DNA of 64,000 nucleotides from an uncultured Alphaproteobacteria bacterium (GCA_902593125.1 CACJGU010000006.1:3662-67661), one strand, 5' to 3'; counted from the first letter of the stretch, positions 1-10,023 are shown. A program made the numbers and translations. Notes: generated by a model from the sequence alone, not told the origin.

Positions 1-1356
1 CACCTTAAAAGCTGAACTACTCATCCAATAAAAGTATTTTTTCTTTTCTATATCTATTTCAAAATAAATAGGCTCCAATTGATATGTTTCAATTTTATTT
101 TTTATCGAACTTACTGGAGATTGAGAATGAGTTAACTTAATCCAAGTATTATTTGTTAGCGAATTAATTTCGTTATCAAAATCCTCACCAAGACCATCAG
201 AGGTACCATTAACCCAAATACCTCTTTCAGCTAAATTTTTCCATGTTCTTAAACCACTTGTCCAAATTACATTATTTGATTTAATTTTAGACTTATCTGG
301 AATTGCGCTAATACGCGAAACATAAATATTTTTGTTTTGTAAATTATTTATATCCTCAATATTTTCATTTAATTGTTTTCTAGCAAATATTTTATAATTT
401 TTTAGATCTTTAGGATAAATCTCATCTTTTATATTATTAGAAATACTTATATTTTTTGATTCAATGAAGTCCCAGCTCTCAAAATGATTTCCACTTTCAT
501 CTTCACCTCTTTTAGACACAACTAATCCTAATTTATGTGAGATGTAAGATACGCCTATTTTTTGATGACATCCTCCACCATAATTTTTTAAAATACTTCT
601 TTCTTTAATAACATTTGAATAATCTTCGGAAACATTAATATCTTTTAAAATGTCGTTTAGTTTATTATCTTGAATTCTTGTTTCAATTGCTAAAGCGCCT
701 TGTCCGGGACTACAAGGGTTTATAGACAATGGTAAAACAGACCATAGACATTCGTTAATATATTTTTTTAGAGTTGTTTTTAATTCATTGAATTCAGAAT
801 AATTATTTAAAAGTAATCTATCAATTGCTGCTTTAGCAACAACAAAACCATCACTATTAGGATTTTCAAAAAATTTTTTAAATCTAGTAGGTATGTTCCC
901 CCTTATATTTTCAAAATTAATTTCATCAAATTTTTGAGGAAGATATTTTTTAATGAAATTTTCTAAGTTATATTTTCTTCTTGGTGATGAACATAGAATA
1001 GTAATTTTTTTACTATCCATAGTTTTATTTTTTTTTAAGAATAATATATCTCGTTTATCAGCTCGTTTTAATGTTGCGGCTATTTTAGTCTTATCACCAA
1101 CTTCAATTGGAAGATCTTTCCAAGAGTGCACAATTAGATCACATTTATTATTTATTAATTCATCCCTTAAATCATTAGTAAAAACTCCTTCATTTGGCAT
1201 TTCAGAAAGAGGGGTTTTTAAATCTTTATCTCCAGAGGTACTTCTCGTTAAAAATTCTATTTCTATAAAAGGATATTTTGATTTTAGATAGTCAGAAAAT
1301 TCACGTGCTTGAATTATTGCTAAGTCACTTTTTCTCGATAAAACTCTAATTTTCAT
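1..1356 (-). CDS. hemC: Hydroxymethylbilane synthase (porphobilinogen deaminase) with long C-terminal extension; runs off the left edge; absent from ORF track
   Basis: Manual translation from ATG at 1356: MKIRVLSRKSDLAIIQA...TSGDKDL...GVFT...DLIVHSWKDLP...SSPRR...NIRGNIPTR...PGQGALAIE...GGGCHQKIG (cofactor Cys); frame stays open to position 1 (452 codons). Confidence 0.88.
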   Translation of the reverse strand, partial: MKIRVLSRKSDLAIIQAREFSDYLKSKYPFIEIEFLTRSTSGDKDLKTPLSEMPNEGVFTNDLRDELINNKCDLIVHSWKDLPIEVGDKTKIAATLKRADKRDILFLKKNKTMDSKKITILCSSPRRKYNLENFIKKYLPQKFDEINFENIRGNIPTRFKKFFENPNSDGFVVAKAAIDRLLLNNYSEFNELKTTLKKYINECLWSVLPLSINPCSPGQGALAIETRIQDNKLNDILKDINVSEDYSNVIKERSILKNYGGGCHQKIGVSYISHKLGLVVSKRGEDESGNHFESWDFIESKNISISNNIKDEIYPKDLKNYKIFARKQLNENIEDINNLQNKNIYVSRISAIPDKSKIKSNNVIWTSGLRTWKNLAERGIWVNGTSDGLGEDFDNEINSLTNNTWIKLTHSQSPVSSIKNKIETYQLEPIYFEIDIEKKKYFYWMSSSAFKV

Positions 1357-1398
1357 GGGTTATATTTATTTAAATAACACTATATAATAAAATTACTA

Positions 1399-1962
1399 AT
1401 GGTTGAATTTAAAGGTTCAAAATCTTCTTGGGGCTTGGTTGCAAAGCTTTTTCATTGGTCATTAGCTCTGTTGCTTTTTTGGCAGGTCTCAACAGGGATC
1501 AGCCTTCATAATATGGAATTTTCTCCACTTAAAATAGGTTTTATTATTACACATAAATTTTTTGGCACATTGGTTTTTAGTTTAGTTGTCCTTAGATTAA
1601 TGTGGAAGTACATATTCAATACTCATCCAAAGTATGAAAATATTCCATTATTTCATAAATTGGTTTCGAATTTAGTGCATTTTATACTTTATGGTCTAGT
1701 TATATTTATTCCTATACAAGGTACTTATATGACATGGCTTGAAGGTGGAGATGTTCATCTCTTGGGATTAATTAAAATACCACCGTTAATAGAAGAAAAC
1801 TTCATGCTATACCCTCAAGCATTAACTATACACTATTACTCAGCACTCATTTTAACTACCTTTTTTTCACTCCATATAGGAGCTGCATTGTATCATCGAT
1901 TTATGATTAAAGATAAATACGGTGTCTGGGAAAGAATGTCTTTTGGAAGAAATAAGGTGTGA
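1399..1962 (+). CDS. Cytochrome b561 family di-heme membrane protein
   Basis: Four TM helices with conserved His (FHW, THK, VHFILY, IH..HIGAALYH). Confidence 0.85.
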   Translation: MVEFKGSKSSWGLVAKLFHWSLALLLFWQVSTGISLHNMEFSPLKIGFIITHKFFGTLVFSLVVLRLMWKYIFNTHPKYENIPLFHKLVSNLVHFILYGLVIFIPIQGTYMTWLEGGDVHLLGLIKIPPLIEENFMLYPQALTIHYYSALILTTFFSLHIGAALYHRFMIKDKYGVWERMSFGRNKV

Positions 1963-1999
1963 CAATTCATTCAATTAAAGACTTACAATTACACATAGG

Positions 2000-3253
2000 G
2001 TGAGATATCAAGAAAATATGGAATATAAGAAATTCTTTAAATCTGAATTGAATAACCTTAAGGATCAGGGTCTTTACAGAGACTTTAGAAACATAGACAG
2101 ACCTATAAAAAATTTCCCAAACGCAGATGAGAGCTTCAAAAATAAAGAGAGAGAAGTTGAGGTTTGGTGCTCTAATGATTACCTGAATATGAGTCAACAT
2201 CCAGAAGTAGTTAATGAAATAGTAAAAACACTTCTTGAGTATGGGTCTGGCTCAGGTGGAACAAGAAACATTTCTGGCACGTCAAGTTATCATACTGAAC
2301 TTGAAAAGAAACTTGCAAATGTTCATAACAAAGAGGCAGCATTGGTTTTTGCTTCAGCATATACAGCAAACCAGTCAACTTTATGGACTCTTGGAAAAAA
2401 AATTAAAGATATTGAAATATTTTCTGATGAATTAAATCACGCATCTTTAATTCAAGGTATTAAAAATAGTGGAGCTAAATGTCATATTTTTAAGCATAAT
2501 GACATTGATCATCTAGAACAATTACTCAAAGATGCAGATGTAAACAATCCTAAATTAATAGTTTTTGAAAGCTTATACTCTATGGAGGGTATAAGATCTC
2601 CAATAATCAAAATAGTAGATTTAGCAAAAAAATACAATTGCATGACATATTTAGATGAAGTTCATTCAGTTGGACTTTATGGTAAAGAAGGTAAAGGTAT
2701 TGCAGTAGAAATGGGTGTTGAAAACAAAATTGATATTATTAATGGAACACTAGCTAAAGCATATGGTCAAATGGGGGGTTATATTGCAGCTAGTTCAGAA
2801 ATTATTGATTATATAAGAAGTTTTGCACCAGGTTTTATTTTTACAACATCTATTTGTCCATCAATTGCTGCAGGAGCAGCAAAAGCAATAGATATCGTTT
2901 CTTTAGCAGAACAACTAAGAATAAGAATTAAAGAGAATGCAGCTTTAATAAGAGAAAATTTGGACTCCATAGCAATTCCATATTTAGACACAAACTCTCA
3001 TATTGTAGCAGTACTAGTAAATGATCCCTTTTTATGTAAGAAAGTATCTAAAGATTTAATAGATGATCATGGTATTTATGCACAACCAATATTTTACCCA
3101 ACTGTTCCAAAAGGCTTAGAAAGACTAAGAATAACAGTTACTCCAAAACATAGAAAAGAGCATATAGAAAAAATGATTAAGGCTCTTGATAAAGTTTGGT
3201 CTAAAAATAATTTGCCAAGAAAAAATATTAATAAAATTACCGCAAATATCTAA
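2000..3253 (+). CDS. hemA: 5-aminolevulinate synthase (likely start ATG 2018)
   Basis: [47 protein letters not shown] (PLP Lys), GFIFTTS. Confidence 0.93.
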   Translation: MRYQENMEYKKFFKSELNNLKDQGLYRDFRNIDRPIKNFPNADESFKNKEREVEVWCSNDYLNMSQHPEVVNEIVKTLLEYGSGSGGTRNISGTSSYHTELEKKLANVHNKEAALVFASAYTANQSTLWTLGKKIKDIEIFSDELNHASLIQGIKNSGAKCHIFKHNDIDHLEQLLKDADVNNPKLIVFESLYSMEGIRSPIIKIVDLAKKYNCMTYLDEVHSVGLYGKEGKGIAVEMGVENKIDIINGTLAKAYGQMGGYIAASSEIIDYIRSFAPGFIFTTSICPSIAAGAAKAIDIVSLAEQLRIRIKENAALIRENLDSIAIPYLDTNSHIVAVLVNDPFLCKKVSKDLIDDHGIYAQPIFYPTVPKGLERLRITVTPKHRKEHIEKMIKALDKVWSKNNLPRKNINKITANI

Positions 3254-4167
3254 GTTTTAATGTTGATATCAATTTGCCTTGCAGCGAAACCATAATAAAC
3301 TACAGCCACAGTAATTATTATACCTCCAATAATTACAGTTGGACTTGGCACTTCGTTAATTCCAAAGATGGGAAGCCATACCCATAAAACTCCTCCGACT
3401 ACTTCCATAAGAGATAATAAAGCTAATTCAGCTGAAGGAAGATATTTTGCTCCTAAACTGTACAATATAAGTCCTGAAGCTACTAAAAAACCATGAAGTA
3501 AACTTAGGTAAGAGTTTATTTTTGGCATAGACGTAAAAGGTTTAACAGAAAAATCCAAAATAAAAAATGCAAATATAGCACAAAATACTCCTGCCAAAAC
3601 AACGGTTGTAAATTTAGGAGTTTCTGGTTTCCAACGAATTGTGACAGTATAAAGTGCAAAACCGGTTGCAGATATAAAGCCAATAATTGCACCAAGGGCT
3701 GTTCCAGTAATACTATCATTTATAATCATTATACAAACACCTATAAAAGCTACTATCATTGCGATTAAGGTAGATAGTTTTAATACCTCTCCAAGTACAA
3801 AATAACCAACTATTGCAGCAATAAAAGGCATAGAAGCTAACATAAAAAGAGTAACAGCTGCAGTAGTCATAGTAATTGAAAAAATAAATCCTGTAAAAGC
3901 GGTTGCCAAAAATAATCCTCCAATAACTGAAGAAGGACCAATCTTAAAAAAATTTTTATAAAAAGAAAAACCTTCAGTAATAAATAAGAAAATTAGTAAA
4001 ATAATTGATATTGAGATACCTCTATAAAATAAATATTGAAAAACATAATCATGACCGTCAACCATATATCTTACAGTTAAAGCGCCAAAACTCCAAAAAA
4101 TCCCAGCAAAAAATACAACTGTAAATGCGTAAATATATGTATTCTGACTCATATAAATTTGATACAA
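3250..4167 (-). CDS. DMT/EamA family transporter (likely start ATG 4152)
   Basis: About 10 hydrophobic helices in two EamA-like halves. Confidence 0.8.
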   Translation of the reverse strand: MYQIYMSQNTYIYAFTVVFFAGIFWSFGALTVRYMVDGHDYVFQYLFYRGISISIILLIFLFITEGFSFYKNFFKIGPSSVIGGLFLATAFTGFIFSITMTTAAVTLFMLASMPFIAAIVGYFVLGEVLKLSTLIAMIVAFIGVCIMIINDSITGTALGAIIGFISATGFALYTVTIRWKPETPKFTTVVLAGVFCAIFAFFILDFSVKPFTSMPKINSYLSLLHGFLVASGLILYSLGAKYLPSAELALLSLMEVVGGVLWVWLPIFGINEVPSPTVIIGGIIITVAVVYYGFAARQIDINIKT

Positions 4168-4324
4168 ATCATTAATTTAGTTAAAAGTAAATTGATATTT
4201 TAATTATTTAATTGAATACCTGTTTCTTTACTACCAGAAATAGTTACTTTAGTTTTGTTATAGTTTTTTTCTTTTACAGTCGAAGTAGACGACATTTTAC
4301 ATCCCAACAGAGATATAAAGATAA

Positions 4325-4828
4325 TTATTGGCAAGTACCTATAGACCCAAGCGAACATTTTTTTCCATCAACCCAAATAACATTAGATAAATTAGCTTCA
4401 TCAAATATAGCTCCTGAGATATTAGCGCCTAGTAAATTTGCCTCATATAAATTTGCACCTTTAAAAGAAACTCCAAACAAATTAGAGCCCTCAAAATTTA
4501 CTTTTGCTAAATTAGCATTTTCAAAATTAGCATTATTACAATTTGCACCCTGTAAATTAGATGCATATAAATTTGAATTACTAAAATTAGAAAAGATAAA
4601 GTTACCAATTGATAAGTTTGAATTATTTAATTGAGATTTTTCAAAATTTGAAAGAGATAAATTTACTCCTGACATTTGTGAATTTGCTAAACCAGCTCCA
4701 GATAAGTCTAAATTTTCAACAAAATTACAATTTGTCCAATCAACTTCATTAGAGGGTTGATCATCACAAGCCGCATTGGAAATAGCAGAATAAAATATTA
4801 TAAAGAAAAATAGATAAAAATATTTCAC
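4325..4828 (-). CDS. Secreted pentapeptide-repeat protein
   Basis: Signal peptide; A(N/D)LxxA-type pentapeptide repeats; terminal Cys pairs. Confidence 0.9.
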   Translation of the reverse strand: MKYFYLFFFIIFYSAISNAACDDQPSNEVDWTNCNFVENLDLSGAGLANSQMSGVNLSLSNFEKSQLNNSNLSIGNFIFSNFSNSNLYASNLQGANCNNANFENANLAKVNFEGSNLFGVSFKGANLYEANLLGANISGAIFDEANLSNVIWVDGKKCSLGSIGTCQ

Positions 4829-4868
4829 TATTAGATATTATGGCTCATTTATGTTAAATTTAAGGCAT

Positions 4869-6614
4869 TTATCTTGAGGTTAATTTTAATTCTATTCTCC
4901 TATTCTGTTGATAATCACTATCAGTATTCCCATCGCTTATAGGATAAAACTCGCCAAAACCTGCCGCTGCCAACCTATTTGGAGGAAAGCCTAATTCTAA
5001 TAATAGTTTAAGTACTGAATTAGCTCTAGCTGTAGAAAGATCCCAATTCGATGGAAATTTAGAAGTTTGAATAGGTCTTTTATCGGTATGACCTTCAACC
5101 ATTATGATCCACTCAATATTGTCTGGAATTTGGTTTGTTGTTTCTTTTAAAGTTAAACCAATTTCACTTAATTTCTTTTTTCCTAAAATTTCTAATTCTG
5201 CTGATGCTGACTCAAACAATAATTCAGTTTCAAAAATAAATCTATCTCCAACAATTTTAATATCTTCTCTATCTCCTAAAATAGATTGTAATTTTCCAAA
5301 AAATTCAGATCTATATTTTTGTAATTCAAAAACTTTCGATGTTAATGCTTTATTCAATTTTTCACCAAGAGCTTCAATTTCCAAATCTTTAATTAATTTA
5401 TCTCTTTGACTTGACTCTAAAGCGCTATTTAATATCGCAATTTCTTGCTGGAGCGTATCGATTTGACTAGAAAGTATCTCTACCTGTTCTAAAGTTTTTG
5501 ATGCTTGAAATTCCATTTTCCTAATTTCATTTAAAGATGTCTCTTTTTGATTTAAATTTTCCTGCTCAAGTAGAGTTAATTGATTTTCTAGAAGATTTAG
5601 TTTTTCTAATTGGATTTGTTCTTTTTCTACAGATAAAGATAAAATACTGTTCAATTCAGATATTTTACCTCTAAGACTAAAAATTGTACTATCTTTTTGA
5701 ATTAAATCTTTATTAAGTCTAGCTAACTCTTCATTTTTAAATCTTATTGCATCAAGTTTTTCTTTTAAAGATGCGTCTTTCAATCCAAGGCTATCATTTA
5801 TTTTTAATAAATCATTTGTTAATTCTTTGTATTGTGAAATTTGATTTTGCAACTCTTCATCTCTTAAAGAAAGTTGAATGTTAAGATTTTGTAATTCTTC
5901 ATTTTTATTTTTTATTGCTTGCAATTGTTCATCGATTCCTACATCTTCAAGACCTAAACTTTCATTGATGGCGAGTAAATTTTTATTTTTCAAATTTAGT
6001 TCTTCGATAGTTTCTTTAAGAGACTTTTCACTTTCAGATAATTTTAGATTTGCTGTATCAAGTTCTTTATTAAGTAAATTTAATTGATCAATTCTTGTCG
6101 CAAGTGCTTTATTGATTCTTTCACCTAATCCTTTTGTTTCTAGCAAAGCAATTTCTTGACCTTCATAAGTTTCGAGTGCATTTGCAACAATTCTTAATTC
6201 CTTAAGCAAATTACTAATTTGATCAGATAAAGCTAATATGTTTTGTTCTTGAACAAAAATTTCTGATCTTTTTTTGGCTATATCTTCTTGTAATTCTTCA
6301 CTATAAAGTTGTTCTGACTCCAAATTCGATTGAGTCTTATTTAATTCTTCCTGAGTTTGAGCAAGAGAGGAAAGTGCCTTATCTTTATCTTGAGTTTCAG
6401 TAACCAATATCTTTGATAATTCATTAATTTGTATTCTTAAATCCTGTAAAGCTTTATCTCTCCCTGAAATAGCATCACTTAAATATATTTGTGAGACCGT
6501 GAAAACCATTAAAACAAAAATGATAACTATTAAAAGAGTGGCTAGGACATCTACAAAACCTGGCCAGATATTAGTTGAATCAGAAAGCCTATTTCTTAAA
6601 GACCTACTCGTCAT
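4869..6614 (-). CDS. MotB/OmpA-family peptidoglycan-binding protein with long coiled coil
   Basis: N-terminal WPGFVD TM helix (conserved Asp); heptad-rich middle; C-terminal VEGHTD...NWDLSTARA...NRRIE OmpA-like domain. Confidence 0.88.
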   Translation of the reverse strand: MTSRSLRNRLSDSTNIWPGFVDVLATLLIVIIFVLMVFTVSQIYLSDAISGRDKALQDLRIQINELSKILVTETQDKDKALSSLAQTQEELNKTQSNLESEQLYSEELQEDIAKKRSEIFVQEQNILALSDQISNLLKELRIVANALETYEGQEIALLETKGLGERINKALATRIDQLNLLNKELDTANLKLSESEKSLKETIEELNLKNKNLLAINESLGLEDVGIDEQLQAIKNKNEELQNLNIQLSLRDEELQNQISQYKELTNDLLKINDSLGLKDASLKEKLDAIRFKNEELARLNKDLIQKDSTIFSLRGKISELNSILSLSVEKEQIQLEKLNLLENQLTLLEQENLNQKETSLNEIRKMEFQASKTLEQVEILSSQIDTLQQEIAILNSALESSQRDKLIKDLEIEALGEKLNKALTSKVFELQKYRSEFFGKLQSILGDREDIKIVGDRFIFETELLFESASAELEILGKKKLSEIGLTLKETTNQIPDNIEWIIMVEGHTDKRPIQTSKFPSNWDLSTARANSVLKLLLELGFPPNRLAAAGFGEFYPISDGNTDSDYQQNRRIELKLTSR

Positions 6615-6616
6615 TA

Positions 6617-7642
6617 TTATTTTTTTATTTTCTTTAAATCTTTTTCAATACTCTGAAAATATTCTTTAATTTTTTTTGCTTCCAATATTCCATTTTTACT
6701 AATTGCATCAGTTAATTGGATCAAAGAAGATTGAGTGTTTAATTGAGAAGATAAAAAATTTGATAATTGTTTATCCAAATTTGAAGAATTAAAATTAATT
6801 TTTTTCAAAACTTCATTAAATTTGTCTAAATTTTTAGAAATATTATTTTGATTTTCTGCTGATTTTTTTAAGGCAGAAACGATATTATCTAAATTGTCAT
6901 AAATTTTTTGAATTGCAATATTAGTAGGTTTATCTACCTTATCAACAAAATCTGGTGAAGAGTTAGTTGATAATGTTTTTTCAAAATATTGACTATACTT
7001 ATTTTGTGCTTGCCCAAGGTTAAGATCAAGAAGTCCAAGAATAAGAGATCCAGCTAGACCAAGTAATGAACTACTAAATGCAACGCTCATACCTTCTAAT
7101 GGAGCATTTAGACCATCTTTTAAAGAATTGAAAAAACCTGCAACGTTTGTATCATCAATACCTAAGCCATTTATAACATCACCTACAGAACCAATAGTTT
7201 TTAATAATCCCCAAAATGTTCCAAGCAATCCTAAAAATACCAGAAGTCCAACTAGGTATCGTGAAGTTTCTCTAATACTAACTAATGTCATATCAGAATT
7301 TTCGATTAATCTATCAATTGATGAGCTTTTAAATACAAATTTTTCATTTATATTTTTGAGTTCTAATGAAATATTTCGATCTTGCCCTTTAAGGTTTGCG
7401 AAGGAATCAATCGAGTTAGTGATGTTAAAATTAGAAAATGATATAAATTTATTATTTAAACTTATTAAATGATAAAAATTAAATGCAACACCAACAAATA
7501 ACCCTAAAATAATTATAAAATTTATAAATATATTTGATAAAAATGCATTTTGGAGAATTGGATATAAGAGTACAACAATTATAAAAACAAATAAGAGAAA
7601 AAATGAAGCTCTAATTATGTAGTTGTTTAAACTCTGAGACAT
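6617..7642 (-). CDS. MotA/TolQ/ExbB proton-channel family protein
   Basis: LGLLGTFWGL and GMSVAFSSSLLGL motifs; directly upstream of the MotB-like gene. Confidence 0.85.
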   Translation of the reverse strand: MSQSLNNYIIRASFFLLFVFIIVVLLYPILQNAFLSNIFINFIIILGLFVGVAFNFYHLISLNNKFISFSNFNITNSIDSFANLKGQDRNISLELKNINEKFVFKSSSIDRLIENSDMTLVSIRETSRYLVGLLVFLGLLGTFWGLLKTIGSVGDVINGLGIDDTNVAGFFNSLKDGLNAPLEGMSVAFSSSLLGLAGSLILGLLDLNLGQAQNKYSQYFEKTLSTNSSPDFVDKVDKPTNIAIQKIYDNLDNIVSALKKSAENQNNISKNLDKFNEVLKKINFNSSNLDKQLSNFLSSQLNTQSSLIQLTDAISKNGILEAKKIKEYFQSIEKDLKKIKK

Positions 7643-7694
7643 GTATTAAAAGAATTACATCAGCATTCTATTTTTTTCAATAAATATAAATTAA

Positions 7695-8879
7695 TTAGTT
7701 ATAAATATAGTTTCTGGTTAAAGGTAAACTGTTAATATTTTTAGAAATTTGTATTTGAAACACAACATTTCCCATATTAACAAAAGAATATTTGCTAGCT
7801 AATAGATAGAATTCCCACATTCTTAAGAAGCGTCTATCAAACATCTTTATTATTTTATCTTTATTTTCAATTACATTTTTATACCAATGCGAAAGTGTAT
7901 GAGCATAATGAAGTCTTAAAATTTCTATATCAGTGACATTTATATTAAGTTTTTGTGTCTCAACCATTACTTCAGATAAAGATGGAATATAACCTCCAGG
8001 AAAAATATATTTTCTAATCCAAGGACTAGTTGCTGTTGGTTTGCCTCTTTGACCAATTGTATGTAAAAGGAAAACTCCATTTTCTTTTAACAAATCATTT
8101 GCTTTTTTTAGGTAGGTTCTAAAATATTTAACACCAACATGCTCAAACATTCCAACTGATACTATTCTATCATATTGATTTTTTTCGTTTCTATAATCTT
8201 GCAGAGCAAAAGTCACCTTGTCACTTAAACCTTCTTGTTGTGCTCTTTCACTTGCCGTTTTGAATTGATTTTCAGACAAAGTAATACCTTTTACTGTTGC
8301 TCCTGTAGATTTAGCAATTTCGATAGCCATTCCTCCCCAACCACAACCTATATCTAATACATTCATGTTTTCATTAATTTGAAGTTTATTAATAATGTGT
8401 TCTTTCTTATCTTTTTGTGCTTGGTCCAAACTCATGTTTATATTATGAAAATAAGCACAGGAGTATTGCATATCCTTATCTAGAAATAGCTTGTATAAAT
8501 TTTCATCAATATCATAGTGGTGAGCTACATTTTTTTTCGAATTAACAAGCTGATTAATTTGTTGAAGGGGCATGAATATGGAAGACATATATTCATATAA
8601 TTTATAAATTTTATTGTTAGAGATAAAATCATCATAACAATTAGTTATGAGATTTATAAAATCTTCAATTGTTCCTTTTTCTATAATGAGCTCTTCATTC
8701 ATATAGGCTTCACCGATATAAAGACTTGGATTAAAAAACAGTTTTCTTTCTATTGATTTATTAGTTAGCTTAACCGCAACTACTGGGTTAGAATTTCCAA
8801 AAGAATGCACATTATCATTAGAGTCTTTAATTTCTAAAGTACCTTCAAATTTTAGTTTTTTTAAAACATTATAAAGCAT
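7695..8879 (-). CDS. cfa: Cyclopropane-fatty-acyl-phospholipid synthase family methyltransferase
   Basis: AHHYD, MQYSCAYF, VLDIGCGWGG, SVGMFEHVG, YIFPGG, RMWEFYL. Confidence 0.88.
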   Translation of the reverse strand: MLYNVLKKLKFEGTLEIKDSNDNVHSFGNSNPVVAVKLTNKSIERKLFFNPSLYIGEAYMNEELIIEKGTIEDFINLITNCYDDFISNNKIYKLYEYMSSIFMPLQQINQLVNSKKNVAHHYDIDENLYKLFLDKDMQYSCAYFHNINMSLDQAQKDKKEHIINKLQINENMNVLDIGCGWGGMAIEIAKSTGATVKGITLSENQFKTASERAQQEGLSDKVTFALQDYRNEKNQYDRIVSVGMFEHVGVKYFRTYLKKANDLLKENGVFLLHTIGQRGKPTATSPWIRKYIFPGGYIPSLSEVMVETQKLNINVTDIEILRLHYAHTLSHWYKNVIENKDKIIKMFDRRFLRMWEFYLLASKYSFVNMGNVVFQIQISKNINSLPLTRNYIYN

Positions 8880-8902
8880 ACTTTTCTATATTAAAAAAAT
8901 AG

Positions 8903-8935
8903 AAAACAATGTCAATGATTTGAAAACATTGTTTT
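8903..8935 (-). terminator. Possible hairpin/terminator downstream of gcrA-like gene
   Basis: AAAACAATGT (8903-8912) and ACATTGTTTT (8926-8935) inverted repeat; AT-rich and weak. Confidence 0.35.
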
Positions 8936-8966
8936 TTTTTGAGTATTTTAATAGGTAGATATATGC

Positions 8967-9191
8967 TTATGCAGCAATACGACGGTTTTTTTGAGCTTCT
9001 TTTTCTTTTTTAAGCTCTTTTTCGTCAATATAGGCTATGTCGCAGTGAGCTTGGCAGTAAGGCTTTCCAGTTACAGTATCTGCTTCACAAAAATGAAATT
9101 CCTTTTCCTGAGGATCACCTATCGGCCACTGACAGCTAGAAAAGCTATGCATAACACTATTTTGTTTAAAGTAGTTTTTTAGAATAGACAT
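8967..9191 (-). CDS. Short GcrA-like protein (C-terminal Cys/His domain only)
   Basis: CQWPIGDP...FHFC...GKPYCQAHCDIAY matches the GcrA C-terminal domain; no N-terminal HTH. Confidence 0.8.
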   Translation of the reverse strand: MSILKNYFKQNSVMHSFSSCQWPIGDPQEKEFHFCEADTVTGKPYCQAHCDIAYIDEKELKKEKEAQKNRRIAA

Positions 9192-9274
9192 TTTTTACCT
9201 AAATTTTAATTTCGAGATAGTTTATATTTATGAAAAAACCAGTATTCAACAGAAATTTTAAAAAAGTTGTTAAT

Positions 9275-9322
9275 TATCAATATCTTAGTACTTTTAAAAT
9301 TGAAACCTACTATATGTAGATA
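9275..9322. promoter_or_regulatory. Candidate NrdR box(es) upstream of gcrA-like gene
   Basis: CTACTATATGTAGATA (9307-9322, good match to acaCwAtATaTwGtgt) and weaker TATCAATATCTTAGTA (9275-9290), 32 bp apart. Confidence 0.4.
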
Positions 9323-9351
9323 TCTTAAATCTATATAAAACGAATCGACCA

Positions 9352-9528
9352 TTATAAAATTAAAGGAATTAATAAAATTAAAAAAAATAAATAAGAATAA
9401 ATTATTATCTTAATATTTAATTTAGATTTTGGAGGTTTTCTTATCAAAATAAATATAATTATTATTGTCCAAAAAATTAATAAAACCGCCCATCCTGTAA
9501 TAAATGCATTGATAAAATCTTCTGTCAT
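9352..9528 (-). CDS. Small two-TM membrane protein (58 aa), not in ORF track
   Basis: MTEDFINAFITGWAVLLIFWTIIIIFILIRKPPKSKLNIKIIIYSYLFFLILLIPLIL*; starts 33 bp after msrA stop, same strand. Confidence 0.55.
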   Translation of the reverse strand: MTEDFINAFITGWAVLLIFWTIIIIFILIRKPPKSKLNIKIIIYSYLFFLILLIPLIL

Positions 9529-9561
9529 ATTAAGTTTATAGTAAATTTAAATCGTTATTAA

Positions 9562-10023
9562 CTATACTGCGCAATGCAAGCCAGTTTTTTGAATATATTT
9601 TTGATGATATTCTTCTGCTTTATAGTAATCACTTAATTGACTTATTTCTGTCACAATAATTAAGTTATTTTCTTTGGCAAAATTGATTTTAGATTCAGTA
9701 GCTAATTTTTTTTGATTATCATCAAAATAAAAAATTGCTGATCTGTACTGAGTACCAATATCAGGTCCTTGTCTATTAAGCGTGGTGGGATCATGACATT
9801 TCCAAAAATGATTCAATAGTTTGTCATATGAAATTATTTTGTTATCATACTCAACTAGTACTACTTCAACATGATTAGTATCACCTTCACAGATACTCTG
9901 ATATGTGGGATTTAAAGTATGACCTCCGGTGTATCCTACTTCAGTTTTCACCACACCAGGTATTTTTCTAAAGGTTTCTTCCACACCCCAGAAACAACCT
10001 GCACCAAATAATGCTTTTTCCAT
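9562..10023 (-). CDS. msrA: Peptide-methionine (S)-S-oxide reductase
   Basis: GAGCFWG, HDPTTLNRQGPDIGTQYRS, AEEYHQKY. Confidence 0.95.
   Translation of the reverse strand: MEKALFGAGCFWGVEETFRKIPGVVKTEVGYTGGHTLNPTYQSICEGDTNHVEVVLVEYDNKIISYDKLLNHFWKCHDPTTLNRQGPDIGTQYRSAIFYFDDNQKKLATESKINFAKENNLIIVTEISQLSDYYKAEEYHQKYIQKTGLHCAV

Noticed and set aside
953-1291. 112-aa plus-strand ORF
   Set aside because: Antisense shadow of hemC, which the ORF track missed because it runs off the window edge
4212-4634. 140-aa ORF with periodic KF/KL-x-x pattern
   Set aside because: Periodicity is the antisense image of the pentapeptide-repeat gene
4869-7642. Zorya anti-phage system or flagellar stator
   Set aside because: No zorC/D/E or flagellar genes adjacent; the long coiled coil is on the MotB-like subunit rather than a ZorA-like tail; housekeeping neighbourhood
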